Shown here piece after piece: positions 9,497 to 18,701 of a DNA stretch of 64,000 nucleotides (position 1 is its first letter; each line of letters starts with the position of its first letter). The notes under the pieces are model-generated. The model was not told the origin of the DNA and ran no database searches. It was given only the letters and a program-made list of their open reading frames with translations. The DNA comes from a virus. Its lineage: Duplodnaviria; Caudoviricetes. The stretch lies in the IMG/VR virus record IMGVR_UViG_3300023055_000005; one strand, written 5' to 3'. Both the position numbers and the translations under genes were made by a program.

Positions 9497-11149
9497 GTGA
9501 ATCGGCTCGACACACCATTCAATGTCAGTATTCTGGAGATTACTCCGGAGCGACTGAAAAAGATCCAGCCTGTTACCAGCCTGGACATCTACGAGTCGGT
9601 CGGCGGTCCGTTGCATGAAGACGGTCTGTTCTCGCTGAAAATCTTCGGTCGTATCGGTGACCCGGCGCGCGATGGGCGCTTTGCCTACATCGACGTGAAG
9701 GTGCCGATCTTCCACCCGTTCATCTACCGTACCATCGTCAAGCTGAAGGGTTTGTACGGCGGTATCCTGACCGGGCAGGCTTACGCTGTCTGGAACGATG
9801 AGCTGAAGGATTTCGAATCCTCCAACGAAATCGATGGCCAGACGGGGTTCCGCTTCTTTATGCGGCACTTCAAGGACATCCAGTACAAGGAGAACAAGTC
9901 GGACTTGCGTTCGGCTCGTATCGCCTTGATCAAGAAGTTCGTGGATCGGGCAACCACCACGAAGGTACTGGTCCTGCCTGCTGGTCTGCGTGATATCGAA
10001 ACCGACGACGCCGGTCGTACGACCTACGATGAAATCAACGACATCTACTCCCGCCTGCTGAGCATCTCGCGCACGGTGGTGCAGACTGACTACGATGACA
10101 TCGGCCCGTCCGTCAACCTGCCGCCTCTGCTGCTGCAGCGCACGTTCAACGATCTGTACGAGTACATCGAACGGATCATCACCGGCAAGAAGGGCTTCAT
10201 CCAGAAGAAGTGGGGTTCGCGTCGTGTCTTCAACGGCACGCGTAACGTCATCACTGCGATGGACACCTCCGCTGCCGTGTTGGGCGCTCCCAATGCACCG
10301 AAGTTCTCCGACACGGTGGTTGGCCTGTACCAGCAGTCCAAGGCGATCCTGCCCAAGTCCATCCACGCACTTCGCTACAGCTACCTGCCCGAAATCTTCG
10401 CTGCCGGTGCCAACCAAGGCTACCTGGTCAACCCGAAGACGTTGGAGTCGGAGCTGGTCGAACTGCGTCCGGACGACTACGATCGCTTCAACTCCACCGA
10501 AGGGTTGGAGAAGGTGATCTCCAGCTACGGTGAACTGCGTCTGCGTGACCGTCCTGTTCGCCTGGGCCGCAAGGGTCATTACTTGGCGCTGGTCTACACC
10601 GGCCCGGACATGACCTTCAAGGTGTTCAGCGACATTCGCGATCTGCCCTCAACTCGTGACCGCAAGGACGTCCGTCCGATCACCCTGGCAGAGTTCATCT
10701 ATCTGTCCGGCTACAAGATCTGGAACAACGACGGCGCCTTTGTGACGCGTTATCCGGTTACGGGTATCGGTTCGAGTTACCCCTCCACGGTCTACACCAA
10801 AACCACCACCCGTGGTGAGGTGCGTCGTGAACTGGGTCCGGACTGGGAACCGCTGGATGAGTCGCACACCGCGATGGAATACCCGATCCTCACCCCGGCC
10901 CTGTGGCTGGATGCGCAGGTCATCCCCACTGCCCGCGTGTCAGGCATGGGCGCTGACTTCGACGGTGACATGTGTAACTTCACCTCGGTGTACTCCGAGG
11001 AAGGCGTCCGTGAGATTCTGTCGGTACTCAACACCAAGCGTGCCTTCATCGATCCTCGCGGAGGCATGAACGCATCCGTTGACGTGCAGATGGTGAACAT
11101 GGTCCTGCACAATCTCACCAGCACCCCCAAGAGCTTGGCCAAAAGCTAA
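9497..11149 (+). CDS. Virion RNA polymerase beta-prime-like subunit with catalytic motif (phiKZ gp180-like)
   Basis: GADFDGD catalytic motif and GFIQKKWGSRRVFNGTRNVIT (beta-prime region C). GTG start with AGGAG Shine-Dalgarno. Confidence 0.92.
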   Translation: MNRLDTPFNVSILEITPERLKKIQPVTSLDIYESVGGPLHEDGLFSLKIFGRIGDPARDGRFAYIDVKVPIFHPFIYRTIVKLKGLYGGILTGQAYAVWNDELKDFESSNEIDGQTGFRFFMRHFKDIQYKENKSDLRSARIALIKKFVDRATTTKVLVLPAGLRDIETDDAGRTTYDEINDIYSRLLSISRTVVQTDYDDIGPSVNLPPLLLQRTFNDLYEYIERIITGKKGFIQKKWGSRRVFNGTRNVITAMDTSAAVLGAPNAPKFSDTVVGLYQQSKAILPKSIHALRYSYLPEIFAAGANQGYLVNPKTLESELVELRPDDYDRFNSTEGLEKVISSYGELRLRDRPVRLGRKGHYLALVYTGPDMTFKVFSDIRDLPSTRDRKDVRPITLAEFIYLSGYKIWNNDGAFVTRYPVTGIGSSYPSTVYTKTTTRGEVRRELGPDWEPLDESHTAMEYPILTPALWLDAQVIPTARVSGMGADFDGDMCNFTSVYSEEGVREILSVLNTKRAFIDPRGGMNASVDVQMVNMVLHNLTSTPKSLAKS

Positions 11150-11173
11150 GCTCTTTCAGAGCGAGACATTTCC

Positions 11174-14100
11174 ATGATGCTGTTCCCCGCATACTACCGA
11201 CGCTTCGGCGTGCGTCGTGCCAGTGAACTTGCCAAGCCCAAGCTGAGCAAGACGCTGCTGATGCAGTTGCCGATCAACTCGATCCTGCACTATGTGCCGG
11301 AAGATGAAGTGTCCTACGGTATCTCCACCGAAGACCCGCTGCTGCGACACGAGCGTCGTATGGTGCAGGTGGATTCGGTGACCGAGCTGACCTCGCGTCT
11401 GGGCGCTCCGCGTCCGCTGCCGATTCCTCCGCAGAAGCTGATCCGCGACTACCATCAACGCTACCGCCGTACTCGCCCGCTGAAGAACATCGATGCGGTG
11501 ATGCGTGACCCGCGGACGCTGTTGGTGTACAACTACGCCATCCTCAGCCATACCTCGCGCTACCTGGGCAACTTCTTCGCCGGGTACAACAAGTGGTACA
11601 ACATCAACTCCACTTGCTGGCAGAAGGTCAGTGAAACGGCCAAGTTCAATCGCCAGAACTTCCTGGTGTGCAAGCTGCCGGACACGATCCCTTCGATGAC
11701 CCAGCTGCGCCGTGGCATGAAGGACATGACCCGCTCCACGTTGCAGATCTTCGATTCGCCGGAGAAGCTGTTCATCCTGGAGCTGTGGAAGTGGCTGGGT
11801 CCGGAACGCCATACCTCCATGCTCGCGCAGGTCGCTGCCGAGGACATGAAGCACGTCAACCTGATCTGGCAGGAGTCGGACAGTTGGTTCGTGTTGAACC
11901 TGGGCCTGCTCGATGGCTGGCGCAAGCCGAGCGATCTGGAAGTTGAGAACGGCGTACCGGCTCGTAGTGGTCTGCCGGCCGAGAACATGCAGCGCCGTCT
12001 GCTGGCCATGCTGATCAACTTGCAGGAGGCCCGTACCGAAGTCGAACCTGCCATCATCTCTGATGACACCACCCAGTGGGTTTCCGAAGACGACGTCTCC
12101 GCGTTGGAACTGGAAGAGCAGGCCGAGATCGAAGCGCTGGCTGACCGTCCCGATCCCAAGTCCATGTCCGCTGACGACAAGGCTGCCGAGAAGGCACTGC
12201 TGCGTGATGCGGCTGTCATCTCGTTCGCCCCGGAAGACTTCGTGCTCGATGAGAGTGAGGAAGAGACCGCTCAGATCGAAGGCACGATCGATGATGACAT
12301 GGATGCACTGGAGCGCCTCGCTGCCGATGTTGAGAAGGCGCGCGTGGAGATGGATGCTGCCGGTGCCCGTGGTGATGGCGTGGACAACCCCGCAGGCGTG
12401 GCTGTAAAGCCGCCGGAGCCCGAGCGTACCCGCGCTGAGGAACTGGTAGCGGGTGTGGCTGAACGTGCCCGTGGGCAGGCCCTGTACGGCCGTATGTCCG
12501 CAGCTGAACTGCGTCGTTTCGAAACGCTGGCCAAGTCCTTCATGGACATTCCCAACCCGATCGGTGGGGAAGGCTCGCTGGCTGATTTCATCGAGATCAA
12601 GCCGGAAGAGATGCAGATCGATCAGCAGGCTGTCCAGTTCGCTGACATCCCCACGGTCTACGACAAGTCCATGCTGCAGTCCACGTTGTCGGACTTCACC
12701 CCGCGTTATGTCGAGCAGTATTTGCAGAAGCACATCGCCGGTATGGTGATGGGCATGCAGAACGCTGGCGTGGCTGTGACGCAGTACACCATGGAACCGC
12801 ACGTCGATGCGATGAACGACTACAACGCCTACACCGTGCGTCTGACGCCCGTTGATGGCAAGCCGTCCACGCTTCGCTTCCGTCTGCCCCGTGTCCGCAA
12901 GGATGGCACCTACCTGGCCAACGGTGTTCGCTATCGTCTGGCTACCCAGCGTAACGAGCTGCCGATCCGCAAGGTGAACAGCCGTCGTGTGGCGCTGTCC
13001 AGCTACTACGGCAAGCTGTCGGTCTCGCGCAACGACAACGTCAAGTTCAACCTGACCAACTGGCTGGGCAATCGCATTGCAGCAGCTGGCAATGATCAGG
13101 AAGACAAGAGCATCACTGATCTGCGTCAGGGCACCGTGTTCGATCACGAGCTGCGAGTCCCGCGCATCTACAGCCAGATGTCTCAGCGTTTCCGTTCGTT
13201 CACCGTGGAGGCTGGCATCCATCTGTTCTTCGACCACAGCTCGCGCTTGAATGAGCTGAAGGGTAAGGATGGCGAGGACGGTGAGCTGCTGCAGATCGAA
13301 GCGGTCAACAAGGGCGTGCTGTGCGGCTACCGGATCAGCGACAAGAAGCCGGTGTTCGTCGATGACACCAACACGTTCTACGTGTGGGAGAATGCAGAGC
13401 AGATCATCGCCCTCGGTGACATCTTCACCCTGACCGGGTTGGAGCGTGCCAAGTCGCCGGTGGAAATGATCGAGCTGACTGTGTTCGACCGTGACCTGCC
13501 GCTGGGTATGGTACTGGCCTACTACGTGGGTCTGGAAACGCTGCTGAGCGAACTGCGTCTGAACCCGCGCCGCGTCCCGCGTGGCGAGCGTGCTCATCTT
13601 GCCGAGGACGAGTTCTCGGTGGTGTTCAACGATGAGACGCTGGTGTTCAAGCGCGATGGTTCGGTTGCATCGATGCTGATGGTTGGCTTCAACGTCTACG
13701 AGAAGTCCATCCGCAACTACAGCGTGTACAACTTCGACCAGAAGGACATCTTCTACACCGTGTTGGAAAACAACGGCGTGGGTGTTCGCTATATCCGCGA
13801 GTTGGAGTCGATCAAGGATCTGTTCCTCGACCCGATCACCGTGGACGTCCTGAAGGAAATGGGCGAGCCGGTCAAGTTCATCCCGCTGCTGCAACGTGCT
13901 GCTGAACTATTGCAGACCGATTGGTCCCCGCAGGAAACCGATACCGACTACCAACGCTTCCGTGGTTACGAGCGTATGGCCGGCGCGGTGTACAACGAAC
14001 TGGCGCGTGCTGTGCGTACGTTCCGTGCTCGTCCGGGCGCCACTGGCGGCGCTGTTGAAATGTCGCCCAACTCGGTCTGGATGGCAATCGCCAAGGATAC

Positions 14101-15541
14101 CTCCCAGCGCATCGTGGAGGAAGCCAATCCGATCCACAACCTGAAAGAAATCGAAGAAGTCACCTTCAGTGGTACGGGTGGTCGTTCGGGTCGTTCGATG
14201 GTGAAGCGTTCGCGCGTCTACCACCGCAATGACAAGGGCAAGATCTCCGAGGCAACGAAGGACTCCGGCGAAGTGGCAATCACGACGTCGTTTGCTCCCA
14301 ACCCGTTGCTGACGAACCTGTATGGCATGTCGCGCCACTACATCAAGGGTAGCGATGGTCCTGCATCGATCTTCTCCACTCCGGCGATGCTCTCGCCCAC
14401 CATCGATCGTGATGACCCCAAGCGTGTGAACTTTGCGAGTATTCAGCACTCGCGCTCGATCGCTGCCGAAGGTTATCGTCCCACTCCGTTGCGTACCGGC
14501 TATGAGCAGGTTATCGCTCAGCGTACCTCGGATCTGTTTGCCAAGGCGGCAGAGAAGGACGGTCGGGTGGTGAGTGTCAATGAAGACGCCATCCTGGTTG
14601 AATATGAGGACGGCACGACTGACAGCGTGGAACTGGGGCGTCGCTTTGGCATCATGGCCGGCTCGACGATCCCGCATCAGCTGGAAACGATGTTGAAGGC
14701 TGGTGACACGTTCAAGCGTGGTGCCAACATCGCGTTCAACTCGATGTTCTTCGAGAAAGACCTGTACAACAAGAGCAACGTGGTGTGGAAGGCTGGCGTA
14801 CTCGGCCGAGTCGCACTGATGGAAAGTGTGGATACCTTCGAAGATTCCTCGGTTGTCTCTGGACGGATGACCAAGGAGCTCACTGCAAACGTTACCAAGG
14901 TTCGCGATATCCAGTTGTCCTTCGATCAGCAGATCACGGACTTCGTGAGCGTGGGTGACGTGGTGGACGTCGAAAGTATTCTATGCACCATCGAAGAGTC
15001 GACGACTGCCGACAACAAGCTGTTCGATGCAGAGTCCCGCGAAACACTGCGGCTGCTGTCGTCGCAGACTCCGCGCGCAAAGGCGCACGGTGTCGTCGAA
15101 AGGATCGAAGTGCTTTACCATGGCGAGATCGAGGACATGTCCCCGTCTCTGGCAAAGGTCGCTCGTGCGTCGGATTCGGCGCGTCGGAGCCTGGCCAAGG
15201 CATCTGGTCAGCCCTACGTTTCGGGCATGGTCGATGACTCGCTCAGCATCGGTGGTCGCCCGCTGTTGATGGACAACCTTATCATCAAGGTCTACATCAC
15301 CGGCAAGTCGCCCGCAGGTGTTGGTGGCAAGATCGTTCTGGGCAATCAGTTGAAGTCCATCATCGGCCGTGAAATGTCCGGTGTGAACAGGACGCTGGAT
15401 GGTCAGGCAATCGATCTGTTCTTCGGGTACAAGAGTGTCAACGCGCGTATCGTGATGTCTCCTGCCTACATCGGCACGACCAACACGATCATGATCACCG
15501 TTTCAAAGATGATGGCCGAGATCTACAGAGGGAACAAATGA
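11174..15541 (+). CDS. Virion RNA polymerase beta-like subunit (phiKZ gp178-like)
   Basis: 1455 aa with beta-like motifs DGTYLANG, GTGGRSGRSMV..SRVYH, DDPKRVNFASIQH and GGKIVLGNQLKSII; syntenic with the gp180-like gene. Confidence 0.9.
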   Translation: MMLFPAYYRRFGVRRASELAKPKLSKTLLMQLPINSILHYVPEDEVSYGISTEDPLLRHERRMVQVDSVTELTSRLGAPRPLPIPPQKLIRDYHQRYRRTRPLKNIDAVMRDPRTLLVYNYAILSHTSRYLGNFFAGYNKWYNINSTCWQKVSETAKFNRQNFLVCKLPDTIPSMTQLRRGMKDMTRSTLQIFDSPEKLFILELWKWLGPERHTSMLAQVAAEDMKHVNLIWQESDSWFVLNLGLLDGWRKPSDLEVENGVPARSGLPAENMQRRLLAMLINLQEARTEVEPAIISDDTTQWVSEDDVSALELEEQAEIEALADRPDPKSMSADDKAAEKALLRDAAVISFAPEDFVLDESEEETAQIEGTIDDDMDALERLAADVEKARVEMDAAGARGDGVDNPAGVAVKPPEPERTRAEELVAGVAERARGQALYGRMSAAELRRFETLAKSFMDIPNPIGGEGSLADFIEIKPEEMQIDQQAVQFADIPTVYDKSMLQSTLSDFTPRYVEQYLQKHIAGMVMGMQNAGVAVTQYTMEPHVDAMNDYNAYTVRLTPVDGKPSTLRFRLPRVRKDGTYLANGVRYRLATQRNELPIRKVNSRRVALSSYYGKLSVSRNDNVKFNLTNWLGNRIAAAGNDQEDKSITDLRQGTVFDHELRVPRIYSQMSQRFRSFTVEAGIHLFFDHSSRLNELKGKDGEDGELLQIEAVNKGVLCGYRISDKKPVFVDDTNTFYVWENAEQIIALGDIFTLTGLERAKSPVEMIELTVFDRDLPLGMVLAYYVGLETLLSELRLNPRRVPRGERAHLAEDEFSVVFNDETLVFKRDGSVASMLMVGFNVYEKSIRNYSVYNFDQKDIFYTVLENNGVGVRYIRELESIKDLFLDPITVDVLKEMGEPVKFIPLLQRAAELLQTDWSPQETDTDYQRFRGYERMAGAVYNELARAVRTFRARPGATGGAVEMSPNSVWMAIAKDTSQRIVEEANPIHNLKEIEEVTFSGTGGRSGRSMVKRSRVYHRNDKGKISEATKDSGEVAITTSFAPNPLLTNLYGMSRHYIKGSDGPASIFSTPAMLSPTIDRDDPKRVNFASIQHSRSIAAEGYRPTPLRTGYEQVIAQRTSDLFAKAAEKDGRVVSVNEDAILVEYEDGTTDSVELGRRFGIMAGSTIPHQLETMLKAGDTFKRGANIAFNSMFFEKDLYNKSNVVWKAGVLGRVALMESVDTFEDSSVVSGRMTKELTANVTKVRDIQLSFDQQITDFVSVGDVVDVESILCTIEESTTADNKLFDAESRETLRLLSSQTPRAKAHGVVERIEVLYHGEIEDMSPSLAKVARASDSARRSLAKASGQPYVSGMVDDSLSIGGRPLLMDNLIIKVYITGKSPAGVGGKIVLGNQLKSIIGREMSGVNRTLDGQAIDLFFGYKSVNARIVMSPAYIGTTNTIMITVSKMMAEIYRGNK

Positions 15542-15741
15542 GCGACATCAACCTGCAAGACACCAATCAGGCCGTGGCCAGCAACGCCATCGCACTGATC
15601 TGCGCCGTCACCAAGCGGGTGGCCGGCAATTCGGCCTCCAACCGCATCGACGGTCAGACCATCACCGACGGCTCGCTGGCTCTGGTAGTCGGCGGCAAGC
15701 TTCAGAACAAGCTGGCGCCCGTCAGCAAGAGCGAGGGCTAA
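15538..15741 (+). CDS. Small hypothetical protein (67 aa), translationally coupled to the vRNAP beta gene
   Basis: ATGA start/stop overlap at 15538-15541, phage-typical codon bias, fills the gap between co-directional genes. Confidence 0.7.
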   Translation: MSDINLQDTNQAVASNAIALICAVTKRVAGNSASNRIDGQTITDGSLALVVGGKLQNKLAPVSKSEG

Positions 15742-15745
15742 GGCC

Positions 15746-17182
15746 ATGCTGAACGATTCCTCCGTAGGGGCCAGCTACGCGCTGGCCGACCGTCTGGCCA
15801 GCCGTGGCGAGCGCATGGGTGCCATCGACGGCACTCCGCTGGCCTCGCTGCTGAACGCGTGCTACGTCGACGTCCCGCGTGGCGAAGGCGACACCGAACT
15901 GCAGGCGCCGTACGTCCTCAACAGCCGTCGTGTCGATGAACGTGGCGTGTGCGAGCATGACCTGGTGATGGAAGAAGCGGCGAGCGTCATTGCCGAGACC
16001 ACCATCAAGAACCTGGACTGGGCCCGTGACGTGGTCGTTCCGACCATCGATGAAGTGCTGGCCGGTGTGGACAAGTACGTCGCCGAGCGTATCGGCGGCC
16101 TGAGCGACGCTGTCCGCGTGGAACCGCAGTTCTGGCCGCGCATCTGGGACAACCCGATGCTGTCGGAAATGGTCGCCCCCTACGCCGATCGCGTGGCTGC
16201 AGAGTTCCTGCCGACGCGTCCGGTGTTCCCGCGTGCCGAGACTGCCGAAGAGTCGATCAAGGTCATGCTGACCGGCATCGGTTCGATCGACGCTGACGTG
16301 GAGGCCCTGGCCTCCGAGCTCAACAGCGGCTCCACCAACGACCTGACCCGCTACATCTACAACAAGGTCTTCTCCACCGAGCAGGGCGCCGAGAACGAAG
16401 CGCTGGTCAGCGACTCCATCGGCAATGCCAACACCCGCCTGGTCGAGTTCCTGATGGCCCGCAACCTCTTCATGTCCATGCCCGAAGGCATGACTGACGA
16501 GTCGTCCTACCGGGCGCAGATGAGCGAAGTGATGGCCACCCTGGGTCGCATCGTGCATCGTGCCCTGATCGACCGCGGCGTGCGTGAGCAGTCCAAGCGT
16601 CTGAACCCGATCTACCCGACCGGTCCGTCCACCGATCCGAACTACCCGACCATCATCTACGTGGACGGCGACGTCTACACCAAGTACTTCTTGGAAGAAG
16701 GTGGCTCGCCGGAAGTTCTGCTCGGTGCGCTGGTCACCGATCGCGAGACCAAGATCGAAGCGCTGCTGGCGCAGGCTGACCGCTACACCAAGGCCTGGGC
16801 GAACGAGCAGCGTATGGTTGCCATGCGCGTGGAGAACAACAAGCTCGACGTGGTGCGCAACGCCTTCGCAGTCGTGCTGCGTGAAGTGGCCGGCAAGATC
16901 CCCGAAGAGCTCGAACCGCTCGACGTGACCGTGCAGGGCAAGCGCATCGACGAGATGCTGGGTACGCTGGCTGGCCGTGACATGGACAACCTGTACCTGA
17001 CCGCCCGTCACCTGGTGTGCACGCTGTTCTTCCCGCACACCATGGCGTACAAGCTGCTGGTGGCATTCGACGACGCTCGTCGTGTCAACCCCGATCTGGA
17101 ACCGCGCGACGCTGCGCTGTTGGCCTCCATCGACATCCTCGTCGATTGGGTTGCCGCCCAGATCACCATCGACAAGGTGTAA
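15746..17182 (+). CDS. Virion head protein (phiKZ gp177-like)
   Basis: 478-aa ORF with strong codon bias, in the syntenic position between vRNAP beta and the protease. Confidence 0.7.
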   Translation: MLNDSSVGASYALADRLASRGERMGAIDGTPLASLLNACYVDVPRGEGDTELQAPYVLNSRRVDERGVCEHDLVMEEAASVIAETTIKNLDWARDVVVPTIDEVLAGVDKYVAERIGGLSDAVRVEPQFWPRIWDNPMLSEMVAPYADRVAAEFLPTRPVFPRAETAEESIKVMLTGIGSIDADVEALASELNSGSTNDLTRYIYNKVFSTEQGAENEALVSDSIGNANTRLVEFLMARNLFMSMPEGMTDESSYRAQMSEVMATLGRIVHRALIDRGVREQSKRLNPIYPTGPSTDPNYPTIIYVDGDVYTKYFLEEGGSPEVLLGALVTDRETKIEALLAQADRYTKAWANEQRMVAMRVENNKLDVVRNAFAVVLREVAGKIPEELEPLDVTVQGKRIDEMLGTLAGRDMDNLYLTARHLVCTLFFPHTMAYKLLVAFDDARRVNPDLEPRDAALLASIDILVDWVAAQITIDKV

Positions 17183-17187
17183 GCTAA

Positions 17188-17922
17188 ATGGACCTGAAAG
17201 CTCTGTTCTTCAACAACCGTGATGCGAGTAAGGTCCATGCTGCTCTGAAGGAACTGGACAACGGCCAACTGATGGCGCTCAAGGATTGCAAGATCTACAT
17301 CCCCGAGCGCTATACCGAGAAGAGCCTGGCCTTCCTGGGTCAGGAGGTTTACATCCTCGGTATCTTCGGCATCGTCGTCGAAGGTCAGTGGGCCGGTGTC
17401 TCCTCCGCTACGTCCATCATGCGCATCGAGCCGACCAGCACCGATCGCGTGGACATCGATGGTGAGCGCTACATGGAGTTCTTCTTCGAGAAGGGCTCCA
17501 CGATCGTGGCAAACGTCAACCTCGTCAAGACCGACACGTTGATCTACCTGATCTTCGATGAGTTCCACTCCAAGGGTAACGTGCCGTTCTACATGAACCT
17601 GGAGGACGTGGCACGGGTGTACCAGTCGGCAAGCTATCACGCCGGCATGGGCATCTGTGACAACCACGTCATCATGGAGATGTTCACCGCGTCCATTGCG
17701 CGTGATGCCAAGGACATGAACAAGCTGGCTCGCCAGACCTTGTCCAACCGGTTGGAAATCTTCAAGAACCCTCCGGTGTTCGTGCCGTTCCGGTCCGTGA
17801 CCTTCGGCGCTTCCAACACCCTGTCCAAGTTGATGGGTAACTACTTCGATGAAGGCCTGAATAGCGCGCTGCGTAATCCCAGCACGCGTTCGGAACGAAT
17901 CGAACAGATGCTCCTGACGTAA
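17188..17922 (+). CDS. phiKZ gp176-like protein, probable small C-terminal beta-prime fragment of the virion RNAP
   Basis: Synteny; the C-terminus SVTFGASNTLSKLMGNYFDEGLNSAL resembles beta-prime region H. Confidence 0.6.
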   Translation: MDLKALFFNNRDASKVHAALKELDNGQLMALKDCKIYIPERYTEKSLAFLGQEVYILGIFGIVVEGQWAGVSSATSIMRIEPTSTDRVDIDGERYMEFFFEKGSTIVANVNLVKTDTLIYLIFDEFHSKGNVPFYMNLEDVARVYQSASYHAGMGICDNHVIMEMFTASIARDAKDMNKLARQTLSNRLEIFKNPPVFVPFRSVTFGASNTLSKLMGNYFDEGLNSALRNPSTRSERIEQMLLT

Positions 17923-17933
17923 AGGATCTTCCA

Positions 17934-18701
17934 ATGAGCTACATGGGCGCAAAGCCTGTCCAGTCGGCCAAGTACGAATGTACTGCGCTGGTTGGCGTCA
18001 ACAAGGCCGGTACGCTGAAGGCTGATGCACGCGGGTACTACGACAACGTGGTGCTCGGTGCGTTCGACTACCACAACAGCTCCGGTGCTTTCTATCCCTT
18101 CGAGGATGCCAAGCACCTGTTTGAATCTTCCTCGCCGCTGATGCGCAAGATTGCCACCGGCAACCTGCGTGGCGAGTACGGTCATCCGCGCAAGGGTGAC
18201 ATGGACATGCGGCAGTTCATCAACCGCGTCTGCGACATCTACGAGCCGAACATCTCCCACCACGTTGCCCACGTGCGCATCGACAACATCCGTGAAGCCT
18301 CCGGGCGTCAGGTGATCGCTGTGCTGGGTCGTGTCAAGCCTGCCGGTCCGATGGGTCCGGCGCTGCGTGAAGCGTTCGAGAACCCAGAAGAAGATGTCTG
18401 CTTCTCGGTTCGTTCGCTGACCGAAGATGGCTGGGTGGGCAATGTTCTCCACAAGCGCATGAAGTCCCTGGTCACCTGGGACTACGTGAATGAACCGGGT
18501 ATCGCCGTGGCTCGCAAGTGGAACAACCCCTCGCTGGAATCGTTCGCCATTTCGCCGCAGCAGCTGCGCATGGCACGCGACATCCAGATGAAGGCAAGCA
18601 ATGGCATGGAGTCTGCAGCCTGCTCGATGCTGAACCAGATCGAACGCGACCTGGGCTGGGCTGGCGGTAGCAACCGTCCGCCGAGCGCTGACTGGAAGTA
18701 A
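17934..18701 (+). CDS. Prohead maturation protease (phiKZ gp175-like serine protease)
   Basis: GEYGHP (catalytic His), FSVRS (catalytic Ser) and TWDYVNEPGI motifs. Confidence 0.88.
   Translation: MSYMGAKPVQSAKYECTALVGVNKAGTLKADARGYYDNVVLGAFDYHNSSGAFYPFEDAKHLFESSSPLMRKIATGNLRGEYGHPRKGDMDMRQFINRVCDIYEPNISHHVAHVRIDNIREASGRQVIAVLGRVKPAGPMGPALREAFENPEEDVCFSVRSLTEDGWVGNVLHKRMKSLVTWDYVNEPGIAVARKWNNPSLESFAISPQQLRMARDIQMKASNGMESAACSMLNQIERDLGWAGGSNRPPSADWK

Noticed and set aside
9497-15541. Inteins or introns in the RNAP, terminase or DNA polymerase genes
   Set aside because: The ORFs are continuous and of expected length, with no intein splice motifs or homing endonuclease motifs recognised.
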